From assembly GCA_963924565.1 (NCBI GenBank), contig OZ004614.1, forward strand, positions 17,918,001 to 17,982,000: a stretch of DNA of 64,000 nt, read 5' to 3'. The notes beneath the pieces were generated by a model. It made no database searches. It saw only the letters and a program-made list of their open reading frames with translations, and was not told where the DNA came from. Source of the DNA: Ascidiella aspersa. Taxonomy: Eukaryota. The position numbers and the translations under genes were made by a program. Positions 12,092 through 25,000 of this stretch are shown here, piece after piece. The stretch's first letter is position 1; each line of letters opens with the position of its first letter.

Positions 12092-14994
12092 CTATAGAAC
12101 AATTTTAAGACACGGGAATTTCAAACATGAAGTACTGCGACAGCATGTATGGCTTTGTACGCTTGTTTAATTTCTCGTAGTGATACCCTATTTCAGTGGT
12201 TCCCAACATTTTGGCTCTTGCTAATCCATTTGGGTTGTTAGAAACTTTGCGATCCTCTATTGACTTTTGAGAATTAAACATAACTAGAGTTTTTTACAAT
12301 GATATTCATTGTTAAAGCGTTGCCACTCTGGGTTTGGAAAGAACGTAAGGATGCACGACAGGAGGCAGCGGTTAAAGCCTTAACTCTTCATTCGTTGACG
12401 ATTTGGTTCCGAATCGACAAAATTGATCGTGTACTTTGTATTAAATTTAACGTAAATAACCTCAATTAAACGAACAACTTTAAAACCACTTTATACTGTT
12501 GGATTTTCTTTTGATACAAGGCCATTGTGGAGACAAGCCTATATTTTAAGGCAATCGGTGCTTCTCAATCAATTAAATCAAACCAAGTGTAATGGTGACG
12601 TGATAAATATAATTACTTTACCGGCCCCTGCAACACAATTTATTAAATTTGTATGTGTTTTTGCTTCCTCTATTGCTAATTTTGAACTTCTACACTTTTG
12701 CCACTTGTGTTCCTTTTTTCACATATATGGGCTCTTGACCCCCAGGTTCCAATGATCTAAATGTTTCTGACAGTTTGGGTATTTTACAACTTTGCGTTGC
12801 TGATGTGTTTCGAAATCTAAAAACCTCCTACAAAAAAAAATTTGCTTTCATTGCGTGTGTAAAGGCCTAGCCAGCGCTACCCGAGGTTATATCCCCATTT
12901 ATTGGTATGTTTTAGCTTTGTATTGCCTTCAAACACGATATGTCCCCGGCAAAAATCAGCTGCTAAACGGGGTCGTTGTCATGAATATTGAATTGGACGG
13001 GCATGGCTTACGCGTGGGCATGAAATATGCAAAGGGGATGGTTGGGCTGACCATTACTGATGGGCGACTTTCGAGAGATGCTCCCCCGTCTCTCGTCCCT
13101 CAAAAGACGACATTAAACATTAAAGCAGCGCATTTCAGGCTTTGTCGCAGTCAGACGATCTTTTTAATTTTCCACTTTTGTTTCGCATCCCATTTACTCC
13201 AATTGTATATTTGCAATCAAGAATCACGGTTCAGCGCAGTGTACGATTAAGTCTGTTATAGAGTTGGTTGTTATAATATAGTTTTACAAGACTTAAATCT
13301 TATAGAGATGGTTAAACTATCAATTTCAGCATTTTTGTACGTTGAAGCAGGATAAATCAAATCTAAGAAATCTTGGTTTAAAACAGTAATAAAGCCTTTC
13401 AACAATGCGCTTTTAAATAGGTTTTACATTTTTGCTCGACTTCATCAGAGAACTAAAACCGTTTAATTTAAAACACTTGATTTAGCGTGGAAATAATCCT
13501 TATTCCCGTTTACGGAGGAATTGTCGACATCAGTATCTTTACTTGCATATCCGCTACCGTTGTACTGAGCCGTTAATGACCACACGGAGTACGAGGTTAA
13601 GAACGACGGTGAACGTACGTCGTTGTTTAACGCGTGTTCTTTAAACGCGTTTCCGCTCCTTCCAAACGGGAAGTTTTACGGCGCTTTTCGCTCTGTGACA
13701 TCATAATTACGCGACGTGCTGACGTGTCGGCCGGCAGCTGCAATTTGCCGCGCTGAAAAAATAAATCGGATATCTGGTTGCTTTGGCGATCGCCGGCGAA
13801 AACATCCCGCGCGTCTATAAAGCGTGTAACTGTATAAGCGTTCGATTCTATGGGATTTAAACGGCCGTCGTTGCTCTTCCATTGCCTGTCCTTGTTCGTT
13901 CTCCCCGCGTCATATCAGCACGTGCGCCTAATCCGGTTAAAACAGCAAAGAATAACAGGCATCATCAGGCTGTCGCGGATGGAACAGATGCGCCGAATAG
14001 TCGACTCCGCTGCTGCCAGGTCTGCGGCCGCTCGTTACACAAATCACCGGCACTAATGTTCGCTTTGTTTCGACTGTTTGTTCTGCGTGCAACCGCATGG
14101 GCAGTTTAAGCAGGACAACGACAACTCCGTGAGTTTTATGGACCAGTCGATAACTGTAGCACGATTATTCGAGCGTATAATGCATGTGGCTTTAAGAGTT
14201 GACCTTCTGTGTACGATCGCTGGATCCTACGAACAACAAATGAGAAACTTACTATGAGGTTACCATCATTCATGCGCTCCTAAGTTGCAATAGCTCCAAA
14301 CGTTTGCATTTGACATGATTTAAAACAGTTCTTTTGGTGCATGTTTTATTCTGGATCCGACTTGAACTTTATGTAAAATACTAAGGACACAGCGCGTAAA
14401 ATGGCGACATGAAACTCTTCTTTGTTTTAACCTTATGGGGCGAATAGTCATCGTAAAACCATAAGTTTCACAAGCATCTTGTTACCTTTAATTGACCCAT
14501 CTGTTAAATTTAAAAATTGTACATTACATGTAAAATAAATATATGCAGGTTTACAATAAAAAAATGTTCAAAATTGTTGCGCCTGAACCCCACTTTACAT
14601 TATCTTTGCTAAAATTAAATATTACCTTTTAGATTTATAGTTGAAATACAAATAAAAAATTCTGCAGTGCAACTTCGTTTTAAAGCTGGTTCATCGTACA
14701 ATTAAATCGCATAGCAGCTGCCGCGACAAGCCGTCGTGTTTGAATAGCCATTCTTTGATCGAGAGCGATAACAAATCACTCCGGTCCGCAAACCGAGTCA
14801 TAGTAAGTCCGCGGCACTTTTTCGCTGATCAACGAAATCTTATTTTTCCGCATTGGCAGTGTTGGTTGTACTCACACTTGTTACAAGGGTTGCTGCCTTT
14901 TCCATTTCGACAGTTTAGGCATCAGAATATTTTAACGAAAAATGGCACTTCCACATAACAGGAGATATAATACAAGCTTCGAAACGCGATTGTA

Positions 14995-15026
14995 AGATCG
15001 AGTGCGTTCAATCTGGTATGGTCGTA
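14995..15026 (-). pseudogene. 5S rRNA fragment (5' about 32 nt)
   Basis: agatcgagtgcgttcaatctggtatggtcgta is the reverse complement of the 5' end of animal 5S rRNA (tacgaccatacc...gaa.gcacccgatct). Confidence 0.7.
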
Positions 15027-15094
15027 TTGGTCAACATTTTTTGTCTAAACTCTTTAAAAATGTAAAATTAAAGTACATTAAAAAAAAATATTTT

Positions 15095-15204
15095 GGCTAC
15101 GACAATTGGTATTACTAGGCGGTCAACGCCGGTCACCCATCCAAGTACTAACCAATCACAAATTGGCTTAACTTTCTAAATCGGACAAGATCGGGTGCAT
15201 TCAA
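15095..15204 (-). pseudogene. 5S rRNA pseudogene, 5'-truncated, with an internal ~10-nt duplication
   Basis: The reverse complement contains 5S hallmarks cacccgatcttgtccgat, agttaagc (A box) and ggttagtacttggatgggtgaccg (C box), ending ...gtcgtagcc with a T-run shortly after; ggcggtca/gccggtca duplication at 15118-15135. Confidence 0.85.
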
Positions 15205-18200
15205 CTTTCTTAAATTTCCACAACAAAAGTCAAAAGTTTTCATGACGGCCAAGTGTTGGCGAACTTCGATGCTCGATTAGCGAAAGGGAGCGAGCGCTTT
15301 TGAGCGGCCCGCCCCTCTTGCCTGAATATGGGACGCCGTATGCTGTTCGTCGCGTGCCCGGCGGGTGGCTAGCGCTTGCCGGCTGTCGGCGTACGCGTTT
15401 GGGCTTGGGCAAACAACGGCCGCTTGCCTTTCGCGCGCGCCCACACCGCGCCATGCCTTGTAGCACTTTTTGCCGCACGCGCGATATCGCGTCGGCGATC
15501 ATTAACCAACGCTCGTTAAAGGTACGCGGCACCTCCTTTGCGAAGACGAAATGCGTCCCAGCTGCCGTTTCTGCAGCACCGCTTTTTATTTCCTTTTTTA
15601 TTTTATTTTGGCGAAAAGGCAGCTGCCGACAGCGGCGATTTCAATAGCGGCGGACATTTTTTTGGGAGGCGAAGTTGTAATAGGCGAAGCGCGCTATTGC
15701 CATACGCATTAATGTAATCGCGTCGGGTCGCCGTCGCGCCTGACGATCACGTTCGCCATTGCCCGTCGTGTATCCCGGCTGGCGTATTGCGAAAACACAA
15801 CGCCATTTCTGTTAACGGGACACTGCGGGCCGGTGTATGTTGCATTGGCGATTGACTGGCCAAGGCATTGCAAGCACACTGTTTGCGTCGCCAACTATTA
15901 AAATGCAACGATACCTGTTGAACCTGCCGCATTGACATCCAGAATCAATTTTAGACTCATTTATCGGGCCAAGGGTTGCTAATTGACCATAGCGACGAAT
16001 GTAAAGATGGACACTATTATCAGCAATAGTGCCTTTATGAAGAGCAATTCGCCCCGGGGATTGAGCAAACAACCGTATAATATACATCCTTCCAAATTGC
16101 CAGGCTTATTCTTGCACACGTATTACTGATTACACGGTACAACCTGGTTTTTAAGTCTATTTTCGAAAGCATAGCGGAACGCAGCCGACATTGTTTATGT
16201 TTACCTAGATAATGACAATGGAATAAAAAATTGTCAAGCTAACTGCGTGATTTGTGTTCCATTCACACAAAAATGTTGTCGACTGTGGAAACGTTCGATT
16301 GTATTTAGGGTAGAACACGGCCAGCAGATAAACTTTAATGGGTATCTTAGTTCCGGTCGTTAATTAAATGGTTTTATCGTTGTAATACCAAGACTGATGA
16401 TACTTAAAATAAACTCGTGCCACAAACCAACATCGATATGCTACTGCAAGCCCGATATCTAAATTGCGGATACTTCAGACTTTGTGATGATTCGGTAGAT
16501 ACACAGTTTAATCGAGTAAAATTGATTTTTTTACACCGGTTATGGCAGACAAACGTACGTTTATTTCGTGTTTTGAAGGTAATTATTTTTATAGTCACTT
16601 GGTTACCTTCTGCCAAAGGTCATTGTTAAGTCCTGATTTTGCGTGACACTTCATATTACTCGGTGTTGTGGCGCATATAAACACCGACGCTTGTATATTT
16701 TCAATTGCCGAGAAACAAAAGCTTCGTCGGCGAACGGCGGCGAACTGCAACATGTGACACCTGTGTTGCCCCGAACGAAAACTTTTTGTTGACACTGCGC
16801 GGCAAATCCGTAAATATTTTATTTTCGCCTTTGCCACAATTGCAAAACATAGCCGGTCGCGGAATGTCGTGTCCCGAATAATCTCCCAAAACAACACGAG
16901 TTTACTGGGGATCGCGTATCGGCCCACGCGCCGCGATAAAAGCGTCTGAAAGAAATAAAACAGGTTGCGTCCACGGCCCTGCGGTCGACTTCCTGTGTGT
17001 AGCAGGTTCGCAAAAAAGCAAGAAAAATAAAACGCGCGATACTAGAGGCGCGGCGTGAGATTCTACCTCCGGTCGAACCAAAACGCAGACTTTTCAGTCG
17101 CCATTGTTTCTGTTTGTTTGCTAATAACGGTGGCGCGCGCGCAAGTGCTATAGGGGGCTAGACTGTCGTTGTTGCTGCGGCGACGGCAGAACTTTTTTTA
17201 TTTGGCCACTCCGCCACGAGACTGCCACGGGTTTGCGGCAAGGCGTCTGGAGACCGAAACAAAGCCCACCGGCAAAAATAAAAAGCTATCAGCAATCAGC
17301 GCCTCATTTATAACGACCTGCGCCGACGTTCTGCTCTGCACCTTTCTGCCTCTTGCAAGCGCGGTAGCTGGGTTGCTTGCTAGTTGTCAGTTGTGGATAC
17401 TTCTTGTAGACAACGGATCACAGCGTTTTGCTTGTTACTTTCAGGCTTGGCAGTGTAACGAGTTGATCTAGCGTTTGCTGGAATGCACTGCGTTATCGTA
17501 TTTAGATAAATCATAAAACATATAGTTGTATGTTTGTCAAGAGATCAAGTTAAATACAGAAACGGGTTTATTATGAATTGTAGCGAATTGGCGCCCTTTT
17601 AGGATTAACTATATTCATGTTTCAAAATGAGTTTAGTTTGAAATAAATTTTGTATTTACCGATTGTATTAAGATATTACTTTGAACAGGTATATGATTAG
17701 GCATTTTTTGGTTTTAAAATCAAACATGAAAGTCAGATAAAGTACATCTAAACAGAGTGGAGCAAATACAGAGTGTCAAAGTTATCTTGTTACGCTGACA
17801 AGTCGCGCCTTTTTTGTTTTACTATTCTTGCCCCTCACCTTGTGGGCGCGAGAAATTTTGTCATGCCGTACACCCCAGTGACTGATTGCCGACGACTCAA
17901 TAGACAGGCCGGCGTCAATAAACAATGCAAATTGGGCGAATGTAAAGAAGGCGTGGCTTGGAAAAAAGGAGAGAGGCGGGCATTAGATGGTCGCATTCGC
18001 CGGCGACGCGAGCCGGGCACATTCGGCCTTCTGGTCCCTTGACAAGTCGGGGCGTTTCTCCAAGGTTCTTGGTTGGTTCGTAAACTGGGCGGCATATTTA
18101 GATTACTCGTGACTGTTGATTGCGGCCATCGCCGCTTCAGAGGGCAAACCTTTAGCAGCGCCGCCCTGTTTTATGGTCCAGGATTTATTGGATGCCTTCA

Positions 18201-18614
18201 GTGAGTTTACTGTAGATTTCAATCGTCAGTGGCAGTTTACACGGTTTATCATTTCGTAATTTTTCAAGGCAGATCAACTGTCCAATTCCAGGATTTTTTA
18301 TGTAAGCCAAGATTTGAGAAAGCAGATTTAATGTTATCGGACTGCCTACATTTTTCTTTATTTATATTAAAGCCGCGTTTTCAGAATTTTTGTGTTTACA
18401 AGAACGAGACTTTCTAATGGTTTTTAGATGCCTTTAAAATTTTGGATTTTTATTAATGTTACGCGTCAGATTCAACAAGTCGTCCTAAAAGTTTTGCCGG
18501 AACTTGTGTTTGTCATTACATTTTGTTAATCCGTATAAAAACGAAATTGTGTGACAAGCAATCGACGTACCAATTACTATAGCTTTGAAACAATGACTAA
18601 AAACCGTTAAAAAC

Positions 18615-18707
18615 AGCGCCGCGGATGGCGATTGTGTGTATAAGGAGGGCGGTTTGTTTTCTCAATTGTTGTCTCCTATTGTTTCAGCCCTTCGGTTGCT
18701 CGCCATT
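18615..18707 (+). promoter_or_regulatory. putative Delta core promoter and non-coding first exon
   Basis: TATAAG 18639-18644, GC box gagggcgg, Inr-like TCAATT 18662-18667, then a GTAAGT donor at 18708. Confidence 0.45.
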
Positions 18708-19008
18708 GTAAGTCGCTGCAGGCTTCGCTCGCTAACACAACACTTCTTCTATGTTCCCAGGACACGCCAGATAGCAACGCAAGATAATCGTGCGGCTGGA
18801 GAGAGTAAACAATTATAAGTGATTTTTCCTCGACTCTTTAGTATAACCTCTCTAGCCTTAAAAGTGAGGAGTGTGCGCCTGGCAGCTGTCGCCACCTGAT
18901 AGCACGCTACAAGTCGCCGAGTGTTTCTTGGACATAATTCCCAGCGGCTTTGAGCCAGATCCCTTTGCACAGGCGTAAAGAACTTTACATATTTTCCGCT
19001 CGCCGCAC

Positions 19009-19080
19009 ATGTCCGGCATGGAATCGCGAGTTCTCGCTTTCGCCTTCGGATTATGTTTGCTCTGCACTTTCTGCAGATCG
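19009..19080 (+). CDS. Delta: Delta coding exon 1 (signal peptide)
   Basis: [24 protein letters not shown] followed by gtgagt. Confidence 0.85.
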
Positions 19081-22000
19081 GTGAGTAGTTTGCCTTCTTG
19101 GTTCTTGTTTAGTTTTAATGTATAGATAAGTAAAGCTTTGAAGATCGGTAGTTTATTTGTTACCCATCTCTTGGCTAAATCGTACAATTGGTAAAAGTTT
19201 TTATGAATTATTGATATTGGAAAGTTTTGTTGATTTACGTAGTCAATGTCCCAAATTTCATTTCTCTAGACAAGACATTAACGCGGCTTTATGCTAAGCA
19301 GTAAGCATAAGTGTGAATACCCATTTAGCAAGACCTTAGCATGATAACAACGCCTAATCCAACTACGCACACAAAAGTAACACGTGTTTTCGATTACTTT
19401 TAAATAGAGCTTAAATATCCAATCGTGATCAAATGGTGACGAATTACGTCCCAAATATCCCCATATTTTGTTCAAGAGTGCTAAAAATGTTTGTGTCAAA
19501 AACAGAAATGTTAAGTACGCGTTTCGGGCGATTTTCATAAAGCACAACTTAACATATTGTTATATTCTACACACCAAACTTTAATATGGAACATGATCTT
19601 CTCTAAACAAATCGTATCACTGTATACAGACAAGCGGCAGCCAAGTTTTAGGAACCTTCGAGCTTCGACTGGACCGATTCATCAACGATCAGGGTCTGGA
19701 TGAGCGGGGACGTTGCTGCTCCACGGATGAGCCCCACTTCGATTCCGGGAGCCCCACGGCGCCCCAGTGCACCCGGCCGTGCCTGACTGCCTTCTGGGTG
19801 TGCCTGACCCACTTTCAGCGGCGCGTCGACCTCAAACGCGAGTGCACCTTCGGGGAAGTCCGCACCCCGGTCCTGGGTGAGAACAGCTTTGTGCCCAAGG
19901 CCTCGCCTTTCTTGAAAAACCAGCCGATCCAGTTCAACCTTTCCTACCGATGGCCGGTAAGTTTAATTTCTCGCATTTATGACCCTGGATTATAGCTATC
20001 ATGGAAAGGTACTATTGAACACGTGTTTCAAACTAAAGCCAGTTTTCTTTGTTATATACCAAAATAGCCAACTATTGCCCACTAAAGCTGAAATTGAAGT
20101 TATATATGCATACGGTATAACGAACAAGGCCAACTTATGAGTTAAATTACTTTGAATTAAACATGAACATAAAATTACTTCAATATATAGCTGATTTTGT
20201 TAGTGATGGCTTTTGGGTCAGTCAATCTTTTTTCCACGGGTATTGCGTCTGCTTTTCATCTTAAACCTAGTTGTTAACCTTTTTTAAATCGAGAAATTAA
20301 TTAAATCGGTGTAATTGCTCACCCCATGTTGCGCCGTTTATTCCTCTAATAGAAATCAATAGCTCTTTAATTTATTTTAGTCATTTATAGCAAATGTTTA
20401 GTTACTATAAGCAAAATTGTGCTAAGCTAGTGGTCCTCAACAAGCAACATAAATAAATACGGCTATAAAGTCGACTGAATGAAAAGGTGTCCATCGCCAC
20501 CAACACTATACCATGCTTCGTTGTCGACATTCTAGTCCAAAAATAACACTTCCCCCTAATTCGTGTAATACAAATCAAGCTCTTAAGATTAGTTAGGCGT
20601 GGAATGTCACTGTTGGCGTTTCCACAAGGTTAAGTACGAGAGAATTAATAGTTAGGCATCGAATCCAGAAGAGGTAGTCTCAGGAGTGTTCTTAAGAAAC
20701 GCTACAAGCAACCGTTACCGGGTCTGGGCGCAATAATACCCGGTTAATCCATGGACAAAGACTGGTGGCTTGTTTTCGTCGCAGTCCACCCTCGCCGATG
20801 AATATTTCATAGCTGTGTTCGTGTGTACAGAGCTCAGTTGGAGGCGTCGCGTGCGCTTATAGGCAAACTATTCCAATCTTCTTACTGGCTAAGGGTTCCA
20901 AATGGCCTTTCCACTTTCAGGAGGGTTATTGAGAGAAAAATGCAAACCGTGCAACCAATAAAATGTTTCGAATTAAATTAATCACGCAAACCTTAAACAA
21001 ACAGTTGGTTCCAGGCGCCTGTTCAACAAATATAATTTTATGTTTTTACGATTAAGTTTTTAAATTTTACGCCTCGAGTGCAAATCTTTAGATTTTGCTT
21101 GCTACCAATTTTTGCCAATATTTTATACTATGGTTAACTAATTCTTTAGCAAAGACATCGAAATACAAAGTATGTGGAAAGTCAAAAATGGCACTTGTAA
21201 CTACAATGATTAGTACAAATAACTTTATAATTTGCACCATTTGTATTAAGTAACACATTCTAGACAACAGTGAAGAATGTTGTGTGCTAAACTGACAAAC
21301 ATTTACTTCTCGTTGTTAAACATTTTACTTCGTAGTCCACTAACGCATTAAACGTTGTGTTGTTATCTCGTTAAATATTTACCAAAATTTCCGTGTTTGC
21401 ATTGTTTAAACTCTAAAACCTGTTTGAAATGTTCTTACAGAAGCACTTTTCGTTGTTGGTCGAAATTATCCACATCGGCAATCGAACAAGCAGCCCGTTC
21501 GCCATTGGAAGTCGAAGGAGATGTAAGTGATAGAACTTTTTATTGGCTGTCCTAGAGGTTAAGCGTATATAACATATTTCATTAACCAAAAGCGATCCAC
21601 GTTATTTCTTAATTTACATATTTAATTTATATTACTGGATTTAGGCAACTATGTCTTCAATACAAAAGCAACCCACAACGTTTCAAAATGAACATCAAAT
21701 CCAAACAATGGACCTTTTTTGTTGTTGAAGAATATCGTTCGTAGGAATGTACTCTCCTTATTCAGCAAACGCATATGTGTAGAAGGTTAACGCATTCGTT
21801 GCGTTGATGTAATAAAAGGCACGCGGGAATTCGAATGTTCCTTGCAGTGGATCGCAAAACGCGGCTAGAAACGCTTTCGAATCGATTGAGTAATTAAATG
21901 CGCCCAAAACGTCCCTCGACGACCATTATTTGCTGATAAAATGTAGCTCCGCCTCGTCCAAAACCCGTGCCACAATAAGGCCGGAATGCCGTGTAAGCGC

Positions 22001-25000
22001 TTCCCTGAACATTGACTGCAAGTTCACCCAAGGCGAGGTAAGCGATGGGACAACGACAGCCATTGCGGCTACTCGAAATCGATTTGTCCGAGTCGAAGCA
22101 CAATGATGCCATATGCCCGTCTAATTCAATAATAGATTTTTGCCCGCACCCTCCAGCTGGTCTATGGGGAAAATCGCGGCCGGCGCTTTTGTTTGTCAAA
22201 GTGCCGCCACCGCCGCTGCCGATTTAAGAGCGCCGCATAATCTCATAGCGGGACGTTGTGGCGCTCTTGCCGGTTTACGACTTGTTCGTATACTTATTGG
22301 TTCGCGAGCGATTTTCAATGCGGCTGCGCGATTGCATATTTCTCAAAAGTTAAATTTCCTATTTCTCCCAAATGTATCTAAGTAAGAACCAAACGGGCGG
22401 TCTTTACATAATATTAATATTAGCCCGTTTACTAAATTGGAGAGCAAAGCGATGTCAATGATGAGCAATTATTTTGTTAAACAAACATGTCTGTCTTTCT
22501 AAACCTTATGATATCCTTCGACACAAAAACATAAAAACAGCGTTGCCCAAACGCCAAACGTAGTTGATTTGTCACCTCCGCTATAAATAATGCTTTTGGA
22601 TCGCACGAAAGCAATTGTTCAACTAGAGTATAACGTGAATACCAAAACTTTAATGAAATCACGATCCATACTATTCATTCTTCCCTTCCCTGTCCACAGC
22701 CTCTGGCCAAGTGGTCATTTCCAGTCTGGTGAAGAGCGGCATGGAACTGCCCAAAAAGGGAGACGAGGAGGACACCTGGACTGTGGGCGATCCATATATT
22801 CACCGCTCAAGCGTCCTGCATTACGCCTACAGGGTCCGGTGCCACCAGAACCAGTACGGCGATGATTGCGGCATCTACTGTAAGCCCCGGGACGACGCCT
22901 TTGGCCACTTCACGTGCGATGACCAGGGCACTAAGGTCTGTCTGCCCGGCTGGACAGGCGTCAAGGATAATCAATGCAAAAAGCGTAAGTTGGCCTCCAC
23001 TTACGTGTTTGGGGTTTATTCTAGTTAAAGCTTCGTGTCTTTAAAGCCTTATGTTTAACGCCTCGTTCGGGTTTGTGTCGGTCTCTCGCTTTGTTTAGTT
23101 TTCAAACAACAAGCGGTGTTTTGTTTACAAAGTTGTAAAATAATCCGCAATATCTCGCGTCATATACCAATCGGATTTCAAAATGAAACCTGTTTGAAAG
23201 TCACTTTTCTTTCTCGCGGGTATACTTCGGTCTTCATTGAAAATCTATCACATCACAATGTAACGCGATATTAGAATCACGTGCGTGGGTCGATACAAAA
23301 CCAGTCTAATCCAAGTATACGAAATCGCCTTAAGGCTTCTATTTAATCCTGTTGTGAACTAACGCCAGTGCGACACCCGCTTTTGACGCGGCGTGATTCG
23401 ACAAATATCAAGGCACCGGCAAACCGACAGGCCACGAGTTGTTTTTATCATCTCCCTGTTTAATCGGCTTTATTCCGCTCCAGTTCGCACCCTACCATTG
23501 CTTTCCACTGCTGCAGTGGTTCCTTGATTCGCCGCCTCTGCCTTGTAGCAGCTTCGTTTTGTCCCATTTCGATTGGCACCGGGGGACTCGTTATTCTGAC
23601 ACAAGGCGGCCTTGCTTGTCTCTGTGTCCCAGATCCTCAGTCTCGCGACTAATGCTTTATTCTCTCTCTTGTTTCTGCAGCGATCTGCGCCAAAGGATGC
23701 CACCCCGAGCACGGCACGTGCCAGAAGCCCAACGAGTGCAGGTAAGCGTAAAAGCGTGCCACATTACCACGTGTTTAAGCGTTTAAAACTATGTTTCCTG
23801 AAGCTGTCCCCATTTTAAGTGTTAAGTAGGAGGTGCCTTTAGTAGGAGGTGCCTTTCCAGCCCATGAATACAGATTTATAAATTTCCTACCCCTCATGTG
23901 CAACTTTTCTATTTAATGTTTAAGATTGTTATGTTTTTGTTCTGGGCGTGGTATGTCCACAGTTGTTTTACTTGACTTTCTCGATTGTGCGATTAACTGA
24001 CCTCCGGACTTTTCTCCCCACCCTACAGTTGCAAGCATGGTTGGACAGGAAGCTTGTGCGATCGCTGTGAAACGCTCCCGGGATGCGCCAACGGCAAGTG
24101 CACCGAACCGTGGCAGTGCAACTGTCAGGAAAGCTGGGGTGGCACCTACTGCAACCAGGGTAAGATTTCTATGCTGGCCACAAAAAATGCCTTAACCCAC
24201 GATCAAAAATATCTTCAAGGGAGTAACGGGGCCTATGTTACGCCTTGAAGTTCTTAAGTAGATTGTAATTGTTCTGTTGTAGTTTGTAAAGAATCGTTCT
24301 GGTGGGATTGCAATTTACCTCAACGTTGTGTGACATTTTTTCATTCTTAACTATTGATGAGTAACATGCGATTCAATTCTGCTTCAGATCTGATTTACTG
24401 CACCCGGCATAAGCCCTGCTACAATGGTGCCATTTGCGTGAACAAGCCATTGGGCAGTTACACTTGCCAGTGTCGACCTGGATTTGAAGGGAAAGATTGC
24501 GAAAACGAGGTTAACGAATGCGCTTCGAGTCCTTGCAACAACGGCACCGAGTGTGTGGTAAGCGAAACTTGAACGTTTTTTTTTTTCGAAACTTGAACGT
24601 TTTTCACTTTGATTTAATGTGATGTCCGCTTGTTTGTGTGGTAAAAATTTGCGATAAGTAACCTCAGGTTGTGTTGGTGCCGAATGGTCCCCATGACATG
24701 AATTTACAAATGATCATAGGTCGTTATTGGTTGGTATACTTATAACACGTTACATTTAAAGACACGCATAAACAGACTAGGCTTATAAATATGTTTTTTA
24801 AAATCAGTTCGGGTCAATTGCACATTTCCCTTTGTGGCCAACCTTGTGAAAGCGCACTCTTTCCGAAATCACTTGAAGCCCTAAACTAACCCTTTAAATC
24901 GCAAAGAAACGCAAATTCGCCAATGGCGGCCGCCGGGTGTTTTATGATATCTTTCACCCCTGTGCTCGTGCAGACAGAGACAGATAGTGGGAGATAAAAG

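Larger units (their letters stand above)
11150..18600. promoter_or_regulatory. series of CpG/GC-rich non-coding blocks; putative Delta upstream enhancers
   Basis: GC-rich blocks at about 11150-11600, 12850-13200, 13550-14200, 15240-16100, 16640-17480 and 17770-18200 in an AT-rich background, with no coherent ORFs and repeated GCAGCTG/CAGCTGC E-boxes. Confidence 0.5.

Noticed and set aside
12357-12470. Degenerate tRNA-SINE head (A/B-box-like ggttaaagc ... ggttccgaatc)
   Set aside because: Too decayed to support without a family consensus.
17902-17916. AGAC-N5-GGCGTC, a BMP/Smad response element upstream of Delta
   Set aside because: About one match is expected by chance in 64 kb; unsupported without conservation data.
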